A stretch of 64,000 nucleotides of DNA, from the NCBI GenBank assembly GCA_016840085.1, contig JAEOTA010000036.1:100813-164812 (forward strand). The letters are read 5' to 3'. Shown here piece by piece: positions 20,118 to 27,783 of the stretch. Position 1 is the first letter of the stretch. Every line of letters starts with the position of its first letter. Made by a program: the position numbers and the translations under genes. Source of the DNA: Promethearchaeota archaeon. Lineage in GTDB: Archaea; Asgardarchaeota; Lokiarchaeia; Sigyniarchaeales; SOKP01. The notes beneath the pieces are model-generated. The model did not search any database. It was not told the DNA's origin and saw only the letters and a program-made list of their open reading frames with translations.

Positions 20118-20704
20118 CTAACTTTTATAGTCTTCAAGAATAGTGCCAAAAAGACGCTTTACAGCATCAATTCGAGTTTCTTCGCCAATTTGTTCAACAT
20201 CTTTCAAGCTAATAGCTTCTTTTGGACAAACTAAGATACACTGGGGTTCCTTTACACCACTTTCCTCATCAATAAATTCTTCTTTCATGTTTTCGCAGAG
20301 ATCACAAACCAATGCTTTTTGAGTATCCAAGTGTAGGCTAATCACGCCAAAATCGCAGGCTCTCTTGCTAATGTACGCGATTTGCTAATACATTCTACGC
20401 AGAACCCGCAACCATTACATTTATCATCATCTACGATAATAGATCCTGTTTCTGGATTTTGTTCTAAAGCTTTTTCTGGACAACTACGAATACATGGCGC
20501 ATCTTCGCATTTTTGGCATGCTAATGCAATATTAAATATTGGTTCGATTCTAACTCTATGAATTCTTGCATTAATAGGGTTAAATTCACTATCATGAACA
20601 AAAGAACATACTGATTCGCATGTTTCACATCCTGTGCATAAATTCGGGTCAATAACAATGAATTGGTGGACTTTGCCACCTCTCTTTTTTATTTTACTTG
20701 ACAT
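20118..20704 (-). CDS. 4Fe-4S electron-transfer subunit of AOR, interrupted by a 32-nt putative intron; join(20704..20396, 20363..20118), 184 aa
   Basis: Removing 20364-20395 fuses the two track ORFs into ...KCNGCGFCVRACDFGVISLHLDTQKALVCDLC..., a complete DmsB/HydN-type four-cluster protein. The ATG directly follows the aor stop codon. Confidence 0.85.
20364..20395 (-). other. Putative bulge-helix-bulge (BHB) intron in an mRNA
   Basis: Sequence GAAUGUAUUAGCAAAUCGCGUACAUUAGCAAG. Outer exon-exon helix of 10-12 bp, 3-nt bulges UA^G and AG^A, central helix UGCG/AGCA with one G.A pair, inner helix AAUGUA/UACAUU. Confidence 0.75.
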
Positions 20705-22633
20705 TTACTTTTTCTTACCTCCTGCTGGGGTTAATTTTCCAATTACAAAATCCATACCAAGTTTCTTTAGGGTTGCATCTGTTGGGATTCCTGTTTCTTT
20801 ATCCCATCCTCTTGCTTCATAATATCCACTAAGTAACTTCTGATACCCATCTTCATCTAATGTAACTCCTTTTGCTGGACCTTTCGTATGAGGTTCCTTA
20901 AAGAATCTTTCAGGCGGATGATCGTCCGCTCTTGTCCAACCCTCCCTGATATTAAAACACTTTGAAAGTGTTACAATCGCATCTCCTCTTAAAAGCATGG
21001 ATTCTTCTGTGTGTGGAATGCCTGTGACTAATTCATATACCTTTGCCATTTCTGCGTCAGATTCGTAAATACCTCTCGTAAATTTACAAATTATATAAGA
21101 ATCAATAAGAGCATAGACATCTTCTAGCCCCTTAATTGTTTTTCCGCGATCAAGTGGTTTATCATAAGCAAATCTATCAAAAGTACCTTTGGCATCTAAA
21201 CCATATGCTCCATTACGTAAGTGGCAAGCACCTCGTATTGAAACACTCTCTCCAACTGCAAAAGAAGTCATACCATGTAAATCAAAAGCAGGCATCTCTA
21301 AACCTTTAATATGCATACCATAATAGCTAGCATTCTTCCGACCCATTTCTTCTAATCTCCTTCCAGCTTCTTTGGTGCCATCACCAAAAACTTCTCCAGC
21401 AAAACCTTTTCCAAGGATCATTTCTTCTGTAAATCGTACTAGATTTTTCGTAGAACCAAAGGGTAATTTATATCCTAAATCTTTTTCTGTAACAATACCT
21501 TCCTCGAAGCATTCCATACACATTGCAGCCGTAACTCCGCCCGAAATAGCGTCGATTCCTAAGTCATCACATAAAGCAACGCATTTGAATACCGTAGGCC
21601 AGTCATCATTACCACAGGCAGTACCAAAGCTATAACAAATCTCAACATCAATGCTCGCAAATGTGTTTGGCCAATCGGGATGAGTTTTTGGAATTCGTGC
21701 AATATGATCACATGCTATTGAACATTGGGAACAAGCAACTTTTTTCACAACCCAATCAATATTAAGTGTATCACCAGTAAATGTACCATCATCAATTTTC
21801 TCCCAGGTACCCTCCTGGTGATTACGAATAGGAAACATACCAAGCTTATTATAGCTTGTAATACCTGCGGGCGTCCCTAAATCTCGATACTTCGCGGTTG
21901 CTGGGCCATTTGCTACTTTAATCAATTTTTTAGCCTTATTATAGAATTCAACTGGTTTTGCTACTTTGGTACCTTTAGTACCTCTGAAACAAATTGCTTT
22001 TAAATTTTTAGATCCCATAACAGCTCCCATACCTGTTCTACCAGCCTGACGATTTCTATCATTAGTGATACACGCCAATTTACTCATTCTCTCACCCGCA
22101 GAACCTATTGCTAATACAGCTAGTCGTTGATCTTGAAATTCTTCTCGTAGTAATTCTTCAGTTTCCCAACAACCTTTACCCAACAAAGTTTTTTCACATG
22201 GAACTAAATAATAATCGTCATCATCCACAACCATATAAATGGGTTCAGGAGACTTTCCCTTGATTACAATCATATTAATTCCTGCTCTACGAGCTTGGGC
22301 CCCTATAGAGCCAGAAGAAATTGACATACCAAACATTCCAGTTAATGGAGACTTTGCAAAAATACCATATTTGGAGCTAGTTGGTAATATTGTTGTTGGA
22401 AAAGGACCAATGTTCCATATAAATATATTATCTGGGCCTAATGGGTCAATCCCGGGTTTTAGCTCGTCCCATAATACTTTAGCACCAAAACCATAACCTC
22501 CGATCCAATCACGACAGAATTCATCAGATAATTCAGTTTTATCAATTTTTCCCGTAGTCAAATCAACATCAAGTCTAACTTGAGTATATCCTTCAATCTT
22601 ATCAGGTAAAGTTACTTCTTTAGCCTTACTCAT
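20705..22633 (-). CDS. aor: Tungsten aldehyde:ferredoxin oxidoreductase family protein (second paralogue)
   Basis: KSPLTG, AGRTGMGAVMGSKNLKA, CSQCSIAC, GIDAIS and RGACH motifs. ATG 22633 preferred; GTG 22642 is an alternative start. Confidence 0.93.
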   Translation of the reverse strand: MSKAKEVTLPDKIEGYTQVRLDVDLTTGKIDKTELSDEFCRDWIGGYGFGAKVLWDELKPGIDPLGPDNIFIWNIGPFPTTILPTSSKYGIFAKSPLTGMFGMSISSGSIGAQARRAGINMIVIKGKSPEPIYMVVDDDDYYLVPCEKTLLGKGCWETEELLREEFQDQRLAVLAIGSAGERMSKLACITNDRNRQAGRTGMGAVMGSKNLKAICFRGTKGTKVAKPVEFYNKAKKLIKVANGPATAKYRDLGTPAGITSYNKLGMFPIRNHQEGTWEKIDDGTFTGDTLNIDWVVKKVACSQCSIACDHIARIPKTHPDWPNTFASIDVEICYSFGTACGNDDWPTVFKCVALCDDLGIDAISGGVTAAMCMECFEEGIVTEKDLGYKLPFGSTKNLVRFTEEMILGKGFAGEVFGDGTKEAGRRLEEMGRKNASYYGMHIKGLEMPAFDLHGMTSFAVGESVSIRGACHLRNGAYGLDAKGTFDRFAYDKPLDRGKTIKGLEDVYALIDSYIICKFTRGIYESDAEMAKVYELVTGIPHTEESMLLRGDAIVTLSKCFNIREGWTRADDHPPERFFKEPHTKGPAKGVTLDEDGYQKLLSGYYEARGWDKETGIPTDATLKKLGMDFVIGKLTPAGGKKK

Positions 22634-22847
22634 ATTTTTCACTTAAAATTAATTTTTAAATTTGTATTTGATTGTAGATATTAAAAATAAACTATCAAAA
22701 TTTTAAAGGTTACTTGTTAACCCTAAAAAACACTTTCTTTAAGATTAGTGAAATCATAAATAGGAGTAAGAATGGTTGGTGTTGTTGATTAATTTACATA
22801 ACTGTAAATGTAGTGTTTTTAAAATGAATTTTCTTACTAACTCTTTC

Positions 22848-23294
22848 TTACCAAAATTCGACCTTCAATGTATTTTGAATTGTTTTTACTATACTAAAAT
22901 GGTTTTTATCTGAAGTTATTATAGTAAAATCTCTTGAAATTGCTATTGCACTAAGAATTGCATCAATTAAAGGAATTGGTTTTCCGTTTAGTTTTAATTT
23001 ATATAATAACTCTCCAAGAATCTTAGCATCCTCCAAGTTTAAGGAAATTACTCTTTTTTGAGCATCTAGATAATTGACCATTTTATCAAAAAGCTTTTTC
23101 TGAATATTCAATTTTTCAAGACTTTTTTGTTGAAATTCCTGATCTTGAAATCCAATATATATTTCTGAAATCGAATAAGTAGTAAGATAGATAGGTTGAT
23201 TTTTAGAGGATATTGACTGATATTTTTTTACAATTTCTTGTTTTCCGCGTAAAATCGCAATGATAATATTAGTATCAAGTAAAAACATTGTCAT
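22848..23294 (-). CDS. vapC: VapC PIN-domain toxin
   Basis: FLLDTNIII, SISEIYIG, IDAILSAIA and ITSDKNHF motifs. Confidence 0.9.
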   Translation of the reverse strand: MTMFLLDTNIIIAILRGKQEIVKKYQSISSKNQPIYLTTYSISEIYIGFQDQEFQQKSLEKLNIQKKLFDKMVNYLDAQKRVISLNLEDAKILGELLYKLKLNGKPIPLIDAILSAIAISRDFTIITSDKNHFSIVKTIQNTLKVEFW

Positions 23295-23297
23295 CTA

Positions 23298-23540
23298 TTA
23301 TTTTATATTATTCGTTAAATAAGAGGATCGATAAGATTTTATTAGTTGTTCGATTTCTTCCCACAACTCATTATCATCACTAAAAATACCAGAAAATTCT
23401 AGTAAGGGATCCTTTAAAAACGGATCTTGCATAGAACAGAGACGAATAATCAAATCTGAATATGATTCATTTTCTTTCTTCAATTTTTTAAGCATTTTAT
23501 AAGATTTTTCATTTAACGAGATTGTTTTTTGAGTCATCAT
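23298..23540 (-). CDS. vapB: VapB-family antitoxin
   Basis: KTISLNEKSYKMLKKLKKENESYSDLIIRL pattern; 3 nt upstream of vapC. Confidence 0.88.
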   Translation of the reverse strand: MMTQKTISLNEKSYKMLKKLKKENESYSDLIIRLCSMQDPFLKDPLLEFSGIFSDDNELWEEIEQLIKSYRSSYLTNNIK

Positions 23541-23627
23541 TAGTCTTATATTATTTTAAATATAAATAGATTTCTATTTAGATCTATTTACCCTAAAAAA
23601 ATAGAATATAGTAAAAATTTTAAAGTC

Positions 23628-26390
23628 TTAAATGAGAAATAGTAGTTTACCAATGAAATTTATAAGATCAATTATTTTTATCTTATATTTTAGCTCTTTA
23701 TGTTCATTTAGATAACAATTTAGATGAGCTATGCACTTAGGGCATGCAGTAATTAAATATTCTGCACCTGTATCAATAGCTTGAGTAATTTTCTTTTCTT
23801 GTAAGAGTTTTGAATCTTCACTACATGAAATATATGCTGAAACTCCGCAACAATCAGCATCTTGTCTATTGTCTTCCATTTCAATTAACTCTACAGAGGG
23901 TATTAATTTTAAAACTTCTCGAGGGGCATCGAAAACCTTACTCAATCTACCAAGTCTACATGGATCATGATAGGTTACTTTAATTTTATCAAAACTTGGA
24001 AATGTTATGCCTTCAAATAAGTTTTCTTTTAAAATATATTCAGTAATATGGTATATTTCAAAATCAAACTCAGCACTGTCTTTGAAAAGAGTTTTATATT
24101 CATTTTTCCAAGTATAATATCCTTCAGCGCAGCTAAACACAATTGTTTTAACTCCTGCTTCTTTAAAGAGTTTAACGTTATATTTAGCTAGTTTCTCAAA
24201 ACTTTTGATATCACCTTGCCATAAAAGATCATGCCCACAACATTTTTCTTCACCTAAAACTACTGGTGTAATATCACTTTGGTTCATTAGTGCTATTACA
24301 CTTTTTGGTATCTCTAAATAATCTAATGTATTAGTTGAACTAAAATTTGGCTGTTCTCCATAATGACAAGTCATAATCCCTGAAGAATCAAGCGATTTAT
24401 TATAATCATCAAGAATTTGATCATAGCTACAGCAGCAATTACAATTCATGCATCTATTTGCCTCTTCAATTGCTTGTGCCTCTGTAAAACCAATTTCTAT
24501 TTCTTCAAAATTAGAGAGTCTTTTTTTTCCTGGTACAAGATTGATTTTTTGTTGCTCTTCTTCTTCAATCTGTTTTTTGGGTATAGGTGAACGTTTTAAA
24601 TTTTCTTTTTTTATCCTTCCTTTTTTTAAATTACGTCCTCTGAGATAACGATCAATTGAATATGCAGCTTCTTGTCCGTGCCCTATTGCTGTTATAGCAA
24701 CCATTTTCGGATTTGGAACAATATCTCCTCCCGCAAAAACACCAGGAATGCTTGTTTCAAAAGTGGTGTTGTCTACTAAGATTTTACCTCTTTCATGTTT
24801 TAATTGATCACCAGTAGCAGCTAGGATTGGTTCTAAGTCCAATCCTTGACCAATTGCGATAACAATTATATCAGCAGTAATTTTAACTTCCGAATTCTCA
24901 ACTTTACTTAATGATTTTCGCCCTGTTTTCGGATCAGGTTCACCCCATTCAATTTTATAACAATTTAAAGCTAATTTATTGTCAGACTCTTCCGTTATTT
25001 TTGAAGTAGAGGTCTTAAAGTGATAAGTTATTAATTCCCATTCAGCGTCATGAATATCTCTAAGAACTAGTTTTAGATCTTCTTCAGTTAATATATCTAC
25101 AAGATCAACTTTAGTTGCCCCTAGCCGTAGGGCAATTTCAGCAACATCAACAGCAACAGCCCCACCCCCTATAATTCCAAACCTTTTCCCTTTGAACTCA
25201 TCTTTATTTTGGGGGAATTTATATTTACGTTCTAATAGAAAATCAAGAGCAACATGCACATTTGGGAGATTTTCTCCCTCAAGGCGAAGAGTTTTTGGAA
25301 TATATAGGCCTGTAGCAAGAAAAAATGCTTTATAATCCTGTTTTTTAAGATCAGCAAGAGTTAAATCTGGTCCAAAGGATTTATTTGTTAAGATTTCAAC
25401 TCCCATATTTTTTATGAACTCAACATCATTATCAAGTGCTTTATCTGAGAGTCTATGTTGTGGAACTCCATATCTAACCATCCCCCCAATTTTATCCCCT
25501 TTTTCGAAAATTGTAGGTTTATATCCCATTCTTGCAAGAAAATAAGCAGCAGATAATCCTGCAGGTCCGGCACCAATTATTGCTATTTTTTCTTTATCTT
25601 GTTTTACAGGTTTTATTTTACTTAAATTAGGATTATTCATTTCCCAATCTGAGACAAATCGTTTTAAAACTCTAATAGCAATTGGATCGTCAATATATTG
25701 ACGATTGCAATTTAGCGCACAGTATTCTGTACATATTCTCCCGCATAAGAAAGGTAAAGGGTTAGCTTCCCTTATAAGATCAATAGCTTCTTGAAACTTT
25801 CCTTCTGCTATTAAAGAGACATAGCCTTGGACATCTACACCAGCAGGACATGCGCATGAACATGGGGCAATTCCAGTCATATATGGAGTGCACCCCATAA
25901 AATAACCAATTTCTCCCTTATCAGTTACCTTTAAATCGGTTCCTTCCAAAAAACCAAGCTTATTTGTAATTTTTATTTTATCATTAGCCATTAAATAGGG
26001 TAAACTAGAGTATTCTCTATTATGATGACATTTAAGCATTTCATCTTGTAATGGTTTGTAATCTGAAGCGAGAGAACGGAGATCTTTTATAATTTGAGTG
26101 AAATTAACCCCAATTTCTTCTTTTGTCATAGGGCAATATTCGGAACATAATCCACATGTAAGGCATTTCCAAATATTATTATTCTTTAGAACCTCTTCTG
26201 GAGATAAAAAGGATAAATCCACAATTAAACTACGAGGATAAAAGAGGTCAAGAAATGCTGTAGGACAAACATTATTACAGCGATTACAATTATAACAGTA
26301 ATCAGCAGCAGCATTTACTTTCTTAATAATTTCTATTGACTCCTTACTCACAAGTTTTTCAATTGGTTCTTTATCTTTAGATACCATCAT
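23628..26390 (-). CDS. HdrD/GlpC-like CCG Fe-S oxidoreductase with an inserted GltD/NfnB-like FAD/NAD(P) domain
   Basis: N-terminal CYNCNRCNNVCP and CLTCGLCSEYCP, then GYFMGC. GltD block: CPAGVDVQGY, CGRIC, IIGAGPAGL, VFAGGD, EANRCMNC. Then CCGHD, YHDPCRLGR, CCG and TACPKC. Confidence 0.88.
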   Translation of the reverse strand: MMVSKDKEPIEKLVSKESIEIIKKVNAAADYCYNCNRCNNVCPTAFLDLFYPRSLIVDLSFLSPEEVLKNNNIWKCLTCGLCSEYCPMTKEEIGVNFTQIIKDLRSLASDYKPLQDEMLKCHHNREYSSLPYLMANDKIKITNKLGFLEGTDLKVTDKGEIGYFMGCTPYMTGIAPCSCACPAGVDVQGYVSLIAEGKFQEAIDLIREANPLPFLCGRICTEYCALNCNRQYIDDPIAIRVLKRFVSDWEMNNPNLSKIKPVKQDKEKIAIIGAGPAGLSAAYFLARMGYKPTIFEKGDKIGGMVRYGVPQHRLSDKALDNDVEFIKNMGVEILTNKSFGPDLTLADLKKQDYKAFFLATGLYIPKTLRLEGENLPNVHVALDFLLERKYKFPQNKDEFKGKRFGIIGGGAVAVDVAEIALRLGATKVDLVDILTEEDLKLVLRDIHDAEWELITYHFKTSTSKITEESDNKLALNCYKIEWGEPDPKTGRKSLSKVENSEVKITADIIVIAIGQGLDLEPILAATGDQLKHERGKILVDNTTFETSIPGVFAGGDIVPNPKMVAITAIGHGQEAAYSIDRYLRGRNLKKGRIKKENLKRSPIPKKQIEEEEQQKINLVPGKKRLSNFEEIEIGFTEAQAIEEANRCMNCNCCCSYDQILDDYNKSLDSSGIMTCHYGEQPNFSSTNTLDYLEIPKSVIALMNQSDITPVVLGEEKCCGHDLLWQGDIKSFEKLAKYNVKLFKEAGVKTIVFSCAEGYYTWKNEYKTLFKDSAEFDFEIYHITEYILKENLFEGITFPSFDKIKVTYHDPCRLGRLSKVFDAPREVLKLIPSVELIEMEDNRQDADCCGVSAYISCSEDSKLLQEKKITQAIDTGAEYLITACPKCIAHLNCYLNEHKELKYKIKIIDLINFIGKLLFLI

Positions 26391-26584
26391 TTTATCTCAA
26401 ATTTTATCATATTAATTCTTAATCCTCTGTTTATCAAAAATCTTACGCTAATATGAATATAACTATTATATTTTGATAATAAAAGTTTTATAAGAATTTG
26501 TTAAAGATGATATAAGTTATTTTGTCAGTGTTAACTGTGAAAATTAATGAATTATATTCCTGTTATAAAAGTATCTCTGTTTTA

Positions 26585-26833
26585 TTAGCCATTTACTCCT
26601 TTTTTTTTCCTATATGTGTGTTTATCTCCTCTAGGGGATAAGCCAGGATCCCTTCCTCCCCCCGAAACAGTTCTACCATTCCAATCAATCATTCCTGGTT
26701 TAGATACACCATCTGCTGCTAAGGCTCTATTAATTACCGCATCCTTTCTTTTCTTTTTAAATTCTTTCCACCTCTCAGAGAAATTTTTTTTCATATTTCG
26801 ACAAGTATAATAATTCAGTATAATAAGATTCAA
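26585..26833 (-). CDS. Small basic hypothetical protein
   Basis: Short ORF with coding-like GC content between two genes; the true start may be the internal ATG (MKKNFSERW). Confidence 0.5.
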   Translation of the reverse strand: MNLIILNYYTCRNMKKNFSERWKEFKKKRKDAVINRALAADGVSKPGMIDWNGRTVSGGGRDPGLSPRGDKHTYRKKKGVNG

Positions 26834-26849
26834 ATTATCAGTTTTTTAA

Positions 26850-27713
26850 CTATTTTTTAGGATGACCTACAGGACATACTCTCAGACAATAACTACAATA
26901 ATTATTATTCAATAAACTCTCAATGCATTTAGAACGATCTATATGGGTAATTATTCCAGAAGTTTTTTTTATTGGTTCTTCATATACCGATCCACCTTTG
27001 CAATTTTTTATACAAGTTCCACATCCTTTGCAAAATTCTTTCAATTCATTGAAATCTCTTTTTACAGTCTTAGGTATCTCAGCATCAGTAGTAATCATGC
27101 TCCATCTTTGTCTAGGCCCAAATTCAGGAGTAATAATAAGTCCATTACTACCCTTTATTCCTAAATTTGCTGCTACAGCGTGTGGTCCATCTAAAAGTTT
27201 CCCTCCAAAAGGATGGTGTGCTTCACTTTTATATCCTTGATCTTTTAAATATTCCGTTAATTCAATTGTAATATCTCCCAATACTTTATATACGCGAAAA
27301 ACTTCAATCTGGCAGATTCCACTAGGAGCTGTTTTGATTTTATCCCATTTCATTTCCATACCGAGAATTATAGCATTTTTTCCATAAACTTTTAGACCTT
27401 TAAAAATAAAATTTTCAATAACGGGAGTATATCCTATGAAATCTATATCAAGTTCTTTTGCTTTATTTTCAAATTTTTCCCAAAAATCGGGTGGAACTAT
27501 TATTTTAGTGTTATTCTCATTTCCATACTTTGTTTGTCTTGTACGCTGAAACCCTTTAAATGTGCCTCTTATATATCTACTAAATAATTTTGCATTTTCA
27601 CGGTCTAATACTTCTGCTGGACCTAAATTCATATTAAATAATTCTTGAGGAATTATAAAGACTAAATCCTCATTTTTTCCTATATATGTTGGTTTAATCC
27701 CTACATCTGACAT
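26850..27713 (-). CDS. Reductive dehalogenase / QueG-like cobalamin Fe-S protein
   Basis: AVAANLGIKGSNGLIITPEFGPRQR..ITTD, FCKGCGTCIKNC and C..CSYCLRVCP motifs. Confidence 0.8.
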   Translation of the reverse strand: MSDVGIKPTYIGKNEDLVFIIPQELFNMNLGPAEVLDRENAKLFSRYIRGTFKGFQRTRQTKYGNENNTKIIVPPDFWEKFENKAKELDIDFIGYTPVIENFIFKGLKVYGKNAIILGMEMKWDKIKTAPSGICQIEVFRVYKVLGDITIELTEYLKDQGYKSEAHHPFGGKLLDGPHAVAANLGIKGSNGLIITPEFGPRQRWSMITTDAEIPKTVKRDFNELKEFCKGCGTCIKNCKGGSVYEEPIKKTSGIITHIDRSKCIESLLNNNYCSYCLRVCPVGHPKK

Positions 27714-27783
27714 TTTGACATCAGTTTTAATATAATATGCGAAAATTTTTACTTGTTTTTATATTAAATATAATATAAAGATA

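Noticed and set aside
20342-20344. TGA ending the 120-aa ferredoxin ORF as a selenocysteine codon
   Set aside because: The downstream half is in a different frame and the TGA is not at a Cys position, so readthrough cannot restore the protein; the 32-nt excision does.
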